A stretch of DNA of 64,000 nucleotides from Octopus vulgaris (GCA_951406725.2 OX597817.1:16244001-16308000), one strand, 5' to 3'. Positions 37,946-51,763 are shown, counted from the stretch's first letter. Made by a program: numbers and translations. The notes: generated by a model not told the origin, from the letters alone.

Positions 37946-38465
37946 TATTTTCCTATTAAATACAAAGTGCGAATTCTTTAGGCAAGAAATTTATGAATGG
38001 TTTCAGTATATTTTTTTCTCTCTCTTTTCCAACGGATGCGCCTTCCTCTTCAATTAAAAAAACTGCCCTCAGTTTTCACAGATATAGATCCATTTGTTAG
38101 TTTATGTTCGAACAATGCGACACTTGACTCATTCTTTTTTATAAATTCAGATTTTTGCCCAAAAACCTGACACAGCAAATATATTTTAATGTAACAAGTT
38201 TATTTTCTGAATTGCTTAGCGGTGTTGCCTACCGTTATAGCCCCTTATTCAAAGCCGTATTTATAGCTACTAGCAAATTCTGTAAAGAATCTATATTATT
38301 GTTTGCAACGACGGGATATGGCTAAACTAGCGGTGACTGCGATAACAGCAAATGCCGCAGTATTTTTGGTTGCTGAATGTAGTCCTTTGTGCAATTCAGA
38401 TTTTTACTCCAAATTCTTAAATAGTAAAAGAAAATACATTTCAATGTGTGATGTTTATTTACCAG

Positions 38466-38860
38466 GCAGGATGTGTGGTTATGAAGCTTGCTTTCCAATC
38501 ACATGGTTTCGGGTTCATTCCCACTGTGCTGCACCTTAGGCAAGTATCTTTTATTATATTCCCGACTGACCGATATTTTATGCGTGAATTTAGTTGGCGG
38601 AAATTGAATGGAAGCCCGTCGTGTGTGTGCGCGTGTGTATGTATGTATCTATGTATGTCTGGATGTGTGTGAGTTTTTGACCCACTACCATCATCGCTTG
38701 ATGACCGTTGATTTTTTTTTTTTTATGCTCCCGTGACCTAGTGGCTCGGCAAAAGAAATAGAATAAATACTAGACTTTAAAAATAAGTACGAGGATAGAT
38801 TTATTCGAATAAATCCTTCATGACGGTGCCCAAGCATTGCTGCAGAGACAGGGAAAAAGA
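38466..38860 (+). mobile_element. SINE family A, old
   Basis: Diverged head and tail motifs. Confidence 0.75.
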
Positions 38861-40067
38861 AATGTTTGTGTGTGTGTGTTTGTCTATGTGTGAGAGTGTG
38901 CATTTTTATACACAGATGTGGGCCCTCAATTTGCTCTGTGGTACTTGTCATTGTTGGTGATAAATGACCGTTTTTCCCTTTTTTAGAAAAAATTATAAAA
39001 ATAAATAAATTATAAACCATACTTAACTACCAAGTTTATCTATCCACGAGTAACTTAAGGAAATCGGATAAACCGATTTGCACATTTAACGCATTCTTGG
39101 CAGCTCGACTATTTAACAACGTTTCAATACTGCAATGTACTATGGGTTATATTATCGAGTGGGTGTTGTTGTTGTTGTCGCTATTGATTTTGTTATTGGC
39201 TGCTGTAGTAGCTGATTGGGTTGAAGAATGAAAATATCACTTGTAAAGGTTATCTCTACAGATACTTTATAGAAATTATAGCCATCCACGATATTTAATT
39301 AGCCACTAAATACAGAGGCGTAACATTATTGGATATACCAATTTTACATAGTAAACACATTCCTGGAAGCTGTTACATAGATATTAATGACTTGTAGGGA
39401 TGCGGAATTTCGTTATGCAACCATAATCTTATAACTTGTAAAACTGTAATGGTAGGGTGGGTTATTTTTGAATAAAATTAAAAAGGTGCAAGAGTGTTAG
39501 TGTAGGGGGAAATGCGATGGCATAGGGAGAGTGACTTATATCAGGGAAGAAGAGAACGGAGTTGTGTAAGCAACAAATATGGAGTTGCAGTGGGATGATA
39601 ACGTTAATACAGCTGTCATTCAGGGATACATATGCGCACGCTTTCAATCAGTTTACAAAGCCAAGTCGAAGCTGACAGACGATAACTAGTGAAAACAGAT
39701 TATTTATGTATGTATGTATGTATGTATGTATGTATGTATGTATGTATGTATGTATGTATGCATGCATGCATGTATGTGTGTGTGTGCGTGTGTGTGTGTG
39801 CGTGTATGTATGTCACCCGCTGTCACCTTTAAGAAAAGGAATGATTTAGATCAAAGCTTTACTCTATTAATATGAATGCACATACACGTATAACATTATG
39901 CATGCGAATGGAAGTAACTTAATCCTGCAACAACTATATTTGTGATAAACCAAACTCATTCTACTTTCTTATTCTTATTTCCTATTAGTTAGATAAAGAA
40001 CTTTGCGATATTACTGTTAATTTTCCGAGTCAATAACTCGGGCAACGCCGGATATTTCAGCTAGTAT

Positions 40068-40225
40068 ACTCTTTACTCTCTCTTTTTACTCTTTTACTTG
40101 TTTCAGTCATTTGGCTGCGGCCATGCTGGAACACCGCCTTTAGTCGAGCAAATCGACCCCGGGACTTATTCTTTGTAAGCCCAGTACTTATTCTATCGGT
40201 CTCTTTTGCCGAACCGCTAAGTGAC
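40068..40225 (-). mobile_element. SINE family A, 3' fragment
   Basis: Tail only; preceded by a Helitron-type 3' end (cgggcaacgccgg..gctagt, ~40039-40066). Confidence 0.85.
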
Positions 40226-40763
40226 TAAATAGTATATTAAAGTCAATACCGTATTCTACTGTGTTAGCTGAGCTCTTTAAATCACTTGTTAAGGTTATCT
40301 CTGCAGGTATTCTACAGAAATTATACCCAGCACTAATTTTTATTTCTTGGGCTGCGTGAAGACGTGACTGAACGACGCCTGCGAACATTTAACAGATTTC
40401 ATTATCGAAACTCCAAGGTCCAGTATTCGATTCCACTTCATGTCATCTTCAGTGAGGGTCATTTTCTATATCCTCTACTCGACCTGTATTTTGTGAAGGA
40501 AACTGGGTAGACGGAGAGTGCTTCGAAACCGTCGGATGGATTAAACCGATAATTAAAAAGATACAGCATTGTCACAAACTACAAATATTAATGAGAATTA
40601 CTTTAAGTGTACCCTTGTTCGTGCAATACTCAGCCACTCGCATATTCAAGAGCAGATAATTCACTGGATAGAACAATTGAACCATTATCATCAAACGACG
40701 GGAATCTACCGCCGTTATATGTGTATGTGTGTGAGTGTGTGTGCGCGCGCGTTTTTTACATGC

Positions 40764-40825
<62 letters not shown>

Positions 40826-40827
<2 letters not shown>

Positions 40828-41026
40828 TACTCTTACTCTTACTTGTTTCAGTCATTTGACTGCGGCCATGCTGGAGCACCGCCTTTAGTCGAGCAAATCG
40901 ACCCCGGGACTTATTCTTTGTAAGCCCAGTACTTATTCTATCGGTCTCTTTTGCCGAACCGCTAAGTGACGGGGACGTAAACACACCAGCATCAGTTGTC
41001 AAGCAGTGCTAGGGGGACAAACACAG

Positions 41027-41087
<61 letters not shown>

Positions 41088-41279
41088 TACGACAGGCTTC
41101 TTTCAGTTTCCGTCTACCAAATTCAAAATTCACTCACAAGGCATTGGTCGGCCCGGGGCTATAGCAGAAGACACTTGCCCAAGATGCCACGCAGTGGGAC
41201 TGAACCCGGAACCATGTGGTTGGTTAGCAAGCTACTTACCACACAGCCACTTCTTCGCCTATGCACAGCCACTCCTGCG

Positions 41280-41282
<3 letters not shown>
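40826..41282 (-). mobile_element. SINE family A
   Basis: Full length with a small duplication at the head. Confidence 0.92.
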
Positions 41283-41356
<74 letters not shown>

Positions 41357-41889
41357 AGAGAGAGAGAGAGAGAGATGATAATGTGTGTCTGTCTGTGTGA
41401 ATCCCTAAAACTCGAGAACGACACAACCGATTTCATTCAAATTTTACACATACCTTGCTTAGGACCCATGCAATGTCATGGACCCCAAAAATTTTCAACT
41501 TCTTGCCTAATGCGAGCCCAAGGCAATCTCATTTCTTACACTATTTCAGTATTACGTCTCTATTGTAATGTGAGATAATACTTTCTGTTTGAAAGAAGTC
41601 TGTCCTATATATATATATTCCTTATGAATTCCATACCGTATGCATACTGATTTTGACGCATGGACTATCGAAAGTTTCAGTACTATTTCGGCTACAAACT
41701 AAACATATTTGCATTTCAAAATTTTAAAATTATAATCTATACCATAAATCAACTATCGCAAATATTTTATACGATAACAATAATGGCGTCACATTTTCTA
41801 TATGTGTGTGTACCTCAAAAGACATCAATCATCACGACACACCTTCACTCATTCAGTCTGTCTCTCTCTCACACACACGCGCATGTCTT

Positions 41890-42240
41890 TTTGGTCAGCT
41901 GAAAGTAGTTTGGCACCAACGTGACTGACACGCATCTCACACACAAATCTTCAGTGATAATGGACTGAACTGAACCTTAACTAATCTGCCCATCCTCTGA
42001 TAACTCACGGATGGTGATTCAACAGTTTTACCTCACAGCTGCATGCACGTCTGCGATGTTTTTCTCAGTTCTGCTGTTTGCAGATCTCCCACAACGTTCG
42101 TCAATATCGACTTATTTCCAGCCATCTTGGAAACATCTGAACCACTCAGACACTTGTCTGCGACTCATACATTCCTTTCTATACCCTTTCTACAACTTTC
42201 CGTCGGCGTCTGAGCAGGTACCGCGATGACAACTTTCTTT
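41890..42240 (-). pseudogene. Mariner transposase N-terminal remnant
   Basis: DERCGRSANSRTEKNIADV..ITIRELSE..SVQSIITEDL..VP. Confidence 0.7.
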
Positions 42241-42518
42241 GTCATGGGCAATGCGACGATCACACGCTACACACGTTCCTTCCAAGAACTGCTGTAAACA
42301 GCGGAAGTGAGCTAGAACGTTAAAACTTAGTGCGCATGCACAGAAGAGTTTAAGATCAATCTTTGTCAAGCGGCTTCAATCTGCGTGCTTTGGCTTCGTT
42401 TCTATATTAAAGTTAGATAAGGCCGGTTTACGGGATTACCTTAGATTTCACGTTCATAGCTTTATTGCGTATCATCAGATCCCAAAACCTATTGGCTTAA
42501 GGCCTCTCTAGCGAGTGG

Positions 42519-42572
<54 letters not shown>

Positions 42573-43101
42573 GAGAGTGTGTGTATGTGTTTATATATGT
42601 ATATATATGCGCGCGCGTGTGCATCAGGACAGTGAAACGTGCAAATATACTCCTACGCGTATGTATATTTGTGCGCATGTATATATATATATACATATAT
42701 ATAATGTCTTTTGTGTCACATACATACATAGAAACATTCATAAATATACAGACATACAATTATGTGTGTGCATGTGTGTGTGTATGGACGCCCTTACATA
42801 TGTGGTGAGCACCGAGTGTACGAAGTTATTTCCCGGTGAACCGTGTTTACGACCCAGATTCGATTTCTGGTTTTACCTGTTTCATTAAGTTTTCTACTAC
42901 TCTTGGGAAACGCTTGAATGTAACACCTCCCATTTTCCCAAGCGCTACGATAATAACACACACGTAAACACACACAACAACAACAACAACAACAACAACG
43001 ATGGCGACGACAAAGACGAATAAGGACATTAGTGCCATATAAAATTAATTCCATACTATATGGAATTAAATGCCATACAAGATAAGAAATAGTATATTAA
43101 A

Positions 43102-43495
43102 CTAGCGGTATCGCCCGGCGTTGCTCGGGTTTGTAAGGGAAATAACTGTATAAGCATTTTTAGAGATGTAAAGTATAATAGCCATCTCAATATGGCTAAC
43201 CACAAAGGGGGTGTTACTGTAGCTTTTTACGTTCTGAGATTTAATAATAAATTTTTAGAGAGTTACTTCCCTTATATATGCCAAAAATGCATTAAAAATG
43301 GGAAAAATTGATGGTAAATTTTTTTTAAATCGTACACTCATCGTAGATGCGCGCTAATACCCAGAAGGGCTCGATATGAATCACGACTATAAGATACCCG
43401 GTTTTGGTTAAACTGCACCGCAAAATGTGGGAGTAGTTAGGAATCTAAATCGTAGGAGACAGACACTCACACAACTTCACTTTTATATATAAAGA
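43102..43495 (-). mobile_element. Helitron H1 (subfamily with internal aatatggctaaccacaaaggggg block)
   Basis: Termini a|ctag..aga|t; same subfamily as 47404-47798. Confidence 0.9.
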
Positions 43496-43668
43496 TAAAG
43501 TCCTGCTTTATTCAAATTACGTCTCCACTTCTAGAGAAGGGTAAACAATTGCCTGGTGGGATTTAGAACCAAGTGCAAGAAAGAAGGGGAGATAATCCGA
43601 AGAAACAAAAATTCTCCAAAATCGATGTTACCATTCAGGAGACGGAATGGTATATTGGCGAATTCTGA

Positions 43669-44103
43669 AGGTGACAGCTGGCAGGATCGTTAGCATGCCA
43701 GGCAAAATGCATGGAAGCGTTCGTCTGTCTTTACGTTCCGAGTTCAAATTTCGTCAAAGTCGACTTTGCCTTTCATCCTTTCGAGGTCATTAAAATAAGT
43801 ACCAGTTGAGCGCTGGGAGCGATGTAATCGACTTAAGATCCTCCACCTGAAATTGCTGGTCTTGGGTCACAATTTGAAACCAATATTGGAGAATTCTTAA
43901 GATGACGAGCTGGCAGAATCGTTAGCACGCCGAGTAAAATGCTTAGCGTCATTCGTCTGTCTTTACGTTCTGAGTTCAAATTCGACTTTGCCTTTCATCT
44001 TTTGCGGGGTCGATAAAGTACCAGTTGAGCACTGGGGTCGATGTAATCGACTTAGCCCCACCCACCAAAATTGCTGACCTTGTGCCAAAATTTGAAACCA
44101 ATA
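43669..44103 (+). mobile_element. Two tandem diverged family C-related SINEs with a different tail
   Basis: Core gactttgcctttcatc at ~43761 and ~43984; tail aaattgctg..aatttgaaacc. Confidence 0.85.
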
Positions 44104-44369
44104 TTGGAGTATTGCTCTCTTTACTCTTTTACTCTTTTACTTATTTCAGTCATTTGACTGCGGCTATGCTGGAGCACCGCCTTTAGTCGAGGAAATCTAC
44201 CCCAGGACTTATTCTTTGGAAACCTAGTACTTATTCTAACGGTCTCTTTTGCCGAACCGCTAAGTTACGGGAGCGTAAACACACCACCATCGGTTGTCAA
44301 GCGATGTTCAGGGGACAAATACAGACACACAAACATATACACACACATACATATATATATATATATTAT

Positions 44370-44685
44370 TTATAATAAAGGGTTAAATGCAACAAGTTGC
44401 TCAAAACCACATACCGAAAATATTAGAAATAGCAGCCAAAATTGGTTACTATTTCCTCTACTAGTAAAAAGTCTCCACAAACAAACAGAATTTGTAAGCT
44501 GTATATGGCAAAAAAGGCTGCTATTTCTAATATTTTCGGTATGTGGTTTTGAGCAACTTGTTGCATTTAACCCTTTATTATAATTATTATAACCCTTACC
44601 AAATATGGTCTTTTCCATACCGACAAATCTACTAGGTGAAATTGATTAATTTTATTAAATTAATTATATTCCACCCTTTATTGAA

Positions 44686-44688
<3 letters not shown>
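44370..44688 (+). mobile_element. TA-embedded palindromic insert (family S, copy 2)
   Basis: Arms 44370-44437 / 44516-44583; homologous to 11861-12304. Confidence 0.85.
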
Positions 44689-44740
<52 letters not shown>

Positions 44741-44745
<5 letters not shown>

Positions 44746-44829
44746 ATCCAGGTTTCTCGGAGCACTGGGCCACTTGGTGTTGAATAGATATACTATTAAA
44801 TTAGTATCTAATTCTCTCACCCTTATTAA

Positions 44830-44835
<6 letters not shown>
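44741..44835 (+). mobile_element. Family S 3'-end fragment (copy 3)
   Basis: ccacttggtg-[AT-rich hairpin]-caccctt between (TA)n tracts. Confidence 0.6.
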
Positions 44836-44910
<75 letters not shown>

Positions 44911-45196
44911 TACGAGGGGCTTCTTTCAGTTTCCATCTACCAAATCCACTCACAAGGCTTTGATCGGCCCGAGGCTATAGTAGAAGACACATGCCTAAGG
45001 TGCCACGCAGTCGGACTGAACCTGGAACCATGTGGATGGTAACCAAGCTACTTACCACACAGCCACTCCTGCGCTTGAAATTATCTCCTCTTCTCATTTG
45101 CAGAATATCCAAAATGCTACAAAACTACCACTGTTCTATCTCTTGTGGAAGCAGAGATAATATCAATAAATCACGAATTTTCAAACATGTATATAT

Positions 45197-45557
45197 TCTT
45201 TTACTTGTTTCAGTCATTTGACTGCGGCCATGCTGGAGCACCGCCTTTAATCGAGCAACTCGACCCCGGGACTTATTCTTTGTAAGCCCAGTATTTATTC
45301 TATCGGTCTCTTTTGCCGAACCACTAAGTTACGGGGACATAAACACACCAGCATCGGTTGTCAAGCAATGCTAGGGGGACAAACACAAACATATACGCAC
45401 ACACACATATACATATATATACATATATACGACAGGCTTCTTTCAGTTTCCGTCTACCAAATCCACTCACAAGGCTTTGGTTGGCCCGAGGCTATAGTAG
45501 AAGCCACTTGCCCAAGGTGCCACGCAGTGGGACTGAACCCGGTACCATGTGGTTGGT
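45197..45557 (-). mobile_element. SINE family A, head clipped
   Basis: Sequence match to other family A copies. Confidence 0.9.
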
Positions 45558-45869
45558 ATTTGGTTTGCAGGATTCTTGATGTGAACTTGTGTGTTGAATC
45601 AGATCTTGTTGTACCTCGAGAGGATCGTTATGCTAATAATAAACACACACACACACACTGGTTTTATTTTCCGTTTTTGCTATTCGTCACTTCGTTAAAT
45701 AGTTAGGCAATTAACGAATAACAAAGAAGTGAAACAGAACCAATGGGATCATGACCCTCCCGAGATAAATACTCTTATTCGCTCATATTATTCAAATACA
45801 TACCACTGGCAACTTAGACTTCTTTCGCTTAGCTTATTTTCATTCCCCCTCCCCCCTCTCTCTCTCTTT

Positions 45870-45945
<76 letters not shown>

Positions 45946-46083
45946 ACTTGAGGTTGCAGGTCCAAATCGGACTTCAAAGTTCTTTCAAAAGTTTCAAAAG
46001 TTTATATATATATATATATATATATACATACATACATACATATATATATATACATACATATATATATATATATATATACATAA

Positions 46084-46142
<59 letters not shown>

Positions 46143-46147
46143 CATAC

Positions 46148-46211
<64 letters not shown>

Positions 46212-46212
<1 letters not shown>

Positions 46213-47403
46213 TAGCCTTGAAGCCGCCCTTCGGACGACATTCAGGCTAGTCTCTGCAGTGGGCATCTTTGAGGCCTTCGGCCCCACTATCGGGTCGCTT
46301 CGCGGCCCTCTACCCTTGTGTAATGTAATGGACTCGGATACATTCATTGTATATGTATCTCCTGGTATCAATTATCCCATTCCAAACTTCCTACCCGTCA
46401 TATATCCACATACCCATATCCATACACTCAATACCTATACTTCACTCGCACCTATGCCTAAACCCCATGTCTCATTAATTTGTTGTTCAACATGTAACGT
46501 GAATTCCATCTCTGTAACAGAAAGATTAGTTCTCCCCTTAGACATAAGTTTCATAAACTACAAAATATAAATATCCATACTACTACACTTGAAACGTATC
46601 TGTTATAACACTTTATCTCGATTTGAATGTACGTGAAGGTATTTAGAATGCAGTGGAGGCGCAATGGCCCAGTGGTTAGGGCAGCGGACTCGCGGTCGTA
46701 GGATCGCGGTTTCGACTCCCAGACCGGGCATTGTGAGTGTTTATTGAGCGAAAACACCTAAAGCTCCACGAGGCTCCGACAGGGGATGGTGGTGATCCCT
46801 ACTGTACTCTTTCACCACAACTTTCTCTCACTCTTACTTCCTGTTTCTGTTGTACCTGTATTTCAAAGGGCAGGCCTTGTCACTCTCTGTGTCACGCTGA
46901 ATATCCCCGAGAACTATGTTATGGGTACACGTGTCTGTGGAGTGCTCAGCCACTTACACGTTAATTTCACGAGCAGGCTGTTCCGTTGATCGGATCAACC
47001 GGAACCCTCGTCGTAGTAACCGACGGAGTGCTTCCATCCATTTCGAATGCCCAAACTTATTTCTGCAAATGTACTAAGCTCTGATGCTGATCATAGTTTA
47101 ATCAATAAGCGTAGGATTAAAAATAGGGGAGTTAATGGGACCCTATTTAAGCGGCCCTTCAGAAATTGAACCTCCTTACGATACTCCTTGGGAGTTCATG
47201 GTATGAAATTCATTGTCGTTGCTCCGATTTTGATCGCTAATGCCATGTATTTAGTTTAAAATACAGTAAAAATAGAGACATTCCCTGTGGGACATTCTCT
47301 GAGATTAGAAGAGTTGCTGGTTTGAGTTCCGTTGTCGTTAGGAGGAGTTAACGAACATAAAAACGTAACGGACAGAGAAATATCACTCAAATTTATAATA
47401 GGA
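46212..47403 (-). mobile_element. Non-autonomous Helitron (family H3) containing a SINE
   Basis: Minus strand: TCctattataaat start; 3' hairpin gtcgtccgaagggcggc followed by CTAG|T. Confidence 0.65.
46653..47039 (+). mobile_element. SINE family B
   Basis: TSD-like atttagaatgc / atttcgaatgc. Confidence 0.93.
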
Positions 47404-47798
47404 CTAGCAGTATCGCCCGGCGTTGCTCGGGTTTGTAAGGGAAATAACTATATAAGCATTTTTAGAGATGTAAAGTATAATAGCCATCTCAATATGGCTA
47501 ACCACAAAGGGGGGTGTTACTGTAGCTTTTTACGTTCTGAGATTTAATAATAAATTTTTAGAGAGTTACTTCCCTTATATATGCCAAAAATGCATTAAAA
47601 ATGGGAAAAATTTATGGTAATTTTTTTTTTAAATCGTAGACTCATCGTAGACGCGCGCTAATACCCAGAAGGGCTCGATATGAATCACGACTATAAGATA
47701 CCCGGTTTTGGTTAAACTGCACTGCAAAATGTGGGAGTAGTTAGGAATCTAAATCGTTGGAGACAGACAGCACACAACCTCTCTTTTATATATAAAGA
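47404..47798 (-). mobile_element. Helitron H1
   Basis: a|ctag ... aaaga|t termini. Confidence 0.9.
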
Positions 47799-48155
47799 TA
47801 AAGCAAAATTTGTTTGTTTGTTTGTTTGTACGTTGATTGCTGAAAACACTAAATAAGATTAAATAATATTTCAAGGTTTTTCGCATCATTTCAATCAATT
47901 TGACCATTCCGCGGATAAGTGTGCACTTATTTTCCGAAAACGGAACAGAAGGGGAGACTGAGTTGGTGGTGCATTGCCTCCTATTTCTAACAATCTACGC
48001 ACTGCCTAATTTCATCGTAATGCTTTTTACACAGCGAAAAAATACTCTGCCTATCACTCAATCCACATCCAACTTTCACTTAGTTTATACATTACATTTA
48101 TCCTTTTGAAGTCACCGCCAGGGCAGTACTTTCTTTCTATATATATATATGTCCT

Positions 48156-48222
<67 letters not shown>

Positions 48223-49345
48223 CAATGTATGTATATATACATATATATACATATATATATATCACTACTACTTTTTTTCTCAAAACAAGAAAACATAATA
48301 GAGAAAGACAAAGAAAAGAGGTTACGGAGAAAAACACGAGACGCCGGACCTCTACTTTTTCTCTGTCTATATGTTCCTCTCTATCACTCTATTTCTCTCC
48401 CTCTCTTTCTCTCTCTCCCTCTCTCTCTTTCTCTCTCTCTCCCTCTCTCTCTTTCTTTCTCTCTGTGGTTGTATATGTGTCTCTCTCTCTCTGTCACTAT
48501 TTATCCCTCTTTTACTCTCAAGAGAAAAATACGTGAGACTGGATTAGGGAGAGAATGGATTAGGGAGAGAAGCAAGTGAGACAGTGGGGATGGAGGTAGC
48601 CACATCTATAAATCTATCGATAAAGTGTTCGACGAGGACGATGCTGTCCATTATCCTGTTGAATTCCTCAACAGTCTCGAACCGTCCGGTATGCCACCAC
48701 ACCACTTTGAATTGAGGAAGGGCGCAGTCATCATGCTTCTCAGAAACCCGGATCAGCCAAGATTGTGCAAATGGTTCACGGACTGTGTTGTGACTGAACG
48801 ACTGCCTCACATTATCGAAGCAAAAGTCTTCACGAGTGTGGTAAAGGAGACATCGTATTTACACCTTGAATACCGTTAACACCAACAGATGTCCCCTTTC
48901 GTTTCAAACGATTGCAGTTCCCAGTGAGAGTCAGTTACGCATTGACCATTAACTAGTCTCAAGGTCAAACACTGGGGGTTGTCAATCTCCATCTAGAAGA
49001 GGGCTGTTCCTCACATGGTCAATTGTATGTAGGTTGTTTCAGTGTAGCAAGCCTACAGAAACTCTTCACATATGCTCCAAAGAAAAAAGTTTAAAGCATT
49101 GTATAGACTGAAGTTCTGTAAATGTTTTATAATTTTCGTACAATACATTTATCTATTTTTATCTATATTACTTTCTTTATTTAGATATTCTAAATGAATT
49201 TGTAAAATTATGTTATGCAATATTTAAATACTTTTTAACAACTTTTATTGTAAGGAAAACGGACATTACGATAGTTACCAATATGTGCCTTATGAATACA
49301 TTTCAACACCATACAGACCGGGCCGAAGGCCTGGAGGGTCGCTAG
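47799..49345 (+). mobile_element. Deleted Helitron retaining the helicase C-terminus
   Basis: Ends gggccgaaggcct..gCTAG|T at 49345; helicase remnant inside; 5' boundary inferred. Confidence 0.75.
48625..49120 (+). pseudogene. Helitron RepHel PIF1-like helicase C-terminal pseudogene
   Basis: [26 protein letters not shown]; FKRLQFPVRVSYALTIN*SQGQTL; HGQLYVG. Confidence 0.92.
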
Positions 49346-49351
49346 TATGTA

Positions 49352-49441
<90 letters not shown>

Positions 49442-49513
49442 TACATACATACACACATACACACATACACACATACATACATACATACATACATACATAC
49501 ATACATACATACA

Positions 49514-49547
<34 letters not shown>

Positions 49548-49581
49548 ATCAAAATAAGTAAAAGGATTTCAAGTAGTAGTT

Positions 49582-49659
49582 CAGTATGACCTTTCAAGCG
49601 ACTCCATTTAATTGAACGATGCAATCATTACATCAAATACAGCGCTATCTTCAGCTGCA
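49582..49659 (-). ncRNA. Type I hammerhead, diverged third copy
   Basis: cag-CTGAAGA-t-agcg...cgct-t-GAAA-ggtca-TA-ctg, within a 49547-49808 insert in a TA tract. Confidence 0.5.
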
Positions 49660-49806
49660 TAAATAAGGATTTTCAATAGACAAGACATATTAATATAATT
49701 TTTCTTAAATATTTTAACAGAGCAAGAGGATGGAAGAATTTCATGTTGTAACTATTGTAGCAAGAAATTCTTGCAGCAATAGTGACAACATTGAATTCTT
49801 GCTACA

Positions 49807-49852
<46 letters not shown>

Positions 49853-50474
49853 TTTGAAACTTTTGAAACAACTAATAGACGCATATCAACCCTTTACAGC
49901 TCTAATTTACCAAAGCGAGGTGTCTAATCACTGAAAGTGCACAACGACTAGACGAGTAGTCGGTGTTACGACTTAACGCTTACGTAGATTAGAGAAAAAA
50001 ACCCGCGAAGAATGGGTTTCAGATACATTGCATAAAGAAAATATAGAATATCAACCACAATTCGGTGACTGTTCACTTCAATAGCCGCTACCGAACAAGA
50101 GTGACACAATATATTGCAGTTAATGATAACGTGAGTGGTTGGTGTATAAATCTATTAAAAGCGAATGTATTAAAAAAGAAGAAAAAAAGGGAGTCAATTT
50201 ATCACGGGGAAATATATAACTGTATTACTTAAAGTAGTGAAAATACATTCTAGGTACTTTACTGGAATAATAAATTGGATGGTGGCTTTCAAGGAGATAA
50301 GTTTTCAGCGGCTTTACAATGGAGATAGACAAAATTATGCAGTACAATTTTAGTTTTTCTAAGAAAGATATTTAATCACTGATAGGGCACAATGCACAAT
50401 TACTCAATTAATAATCGCCACTATGATTTAATAAGTGTCTGTGTGTCTGTGGGTGGGTATATATATATATATAT

Positions 50475-50749
<275 letters not shown>

Positions 50750-50868
50750 TAATTAAGATTCATTTGAATCAGGTACTTAAGTTGAAGCACCAAGTCAGTC
50801 CAGTATTATCCACACAGTTCGAAATAAGGTGAATAAAATCAAAATAAGTAACACGATTTCAAGTAGTA

Positions 50869-50956
50869 ATGCAGTACGACCGTTTCAAGCGACTCCATTT
50901 AATTGAACAGCACAATCATTACGTCAATTCAAATACAATGCTATCTTCAGCTGCAC
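50869..50956 (-). ncRNA. Type I hammerhead ribozyme (left arm of palindrome)
   Basis: gtgcag-CTGAAGA-tagc...gctt-GAAA-cggtcg-TA-ctgcat. Confidence 0.7.
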
Positions 50957-51304
50957 AAATATGGATTTTCAACAGATAAGATATATTAATATGATTTTTT
51001 AAAAACTTTCAACAGAGCGCACAATCATTACGTCAATTCAAATACAATGCTATCTTCAGCTGCACAAATATGGATTTTCAACAGATAAGATATATTAATA
51101 TGATTTTTTTTAAACTTTCAACAGAGCAAGAGGATGGAAGAATTCAATATTGTCACTTTTGTAGCAAGAATTCAATGTTGTCACTATTGCTGCAAGAATT
51201 TCTTGCTACAATAGTTACAACATGAAATTCTTCCATCCTCTTGCTCTGTTGAAAGTTTTTAAAAAATCATATTAATATATCTTATCTGTTAAAAATCCAT
51301 ATTT

Positions 51305-51392
51305 GTGCAGCTGAAGATAGCATTGTATTTGAATTTATGTAATGATTGTGTTGTTCAATTAAATGGAGTTGCTTGAAACGGCCGTACTGCAT
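51305..51392 (+). ncRNA. Type I hammerhead ribozyme (right arm of palindrome)
   Basis: gtgcag-CTGAAGA-t-agca...tgct-t-GAAA-cggccg-TA-ctgcat; predicted cut after A51386. Confidence 0.75.
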
Positions 51393-51513
51393 TACTACTT
51401 GAAATCGTGTTACTTATTTTGATTTTATTCACCTTATTTCGAACTGTGTGGATAATACTGTACTGACTTGGTGCTTCAACTTAAGTACCTGATTCAAATG
51501 AATCTTAATTACT

Positions 51514-51594
<81 letters not shown>

Positions 51595-51763
51595 GTGTGA
51601 ACATAATCAAAAAGGGTAATAACATAGGTTATTATTACCAGTGGCCTAGCACAAAAGACGAATTAGTCATTAGACAAAATATTATTCATATAGAAATATA
51701 ATAAAGGCTCCCAAATAAGGAAGCTTAGTGTGTCTCTAGCACTAAGCTTCCTTATTTGGGAGC

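Larger units (their letters stand above)
44116..45074 (-). mobile_element. SINE family A with two family S inserts in its microsatellite
   Basis: Tail at 44116-44350, head at 44910-45074. Confidence 0.9.

Noticed and set aside
40420-40456. ctgaaga..cgaa hammerhead-like motif on the minus strand
   Set aside because: GAAA is mutated and stems I and III cannot be formed
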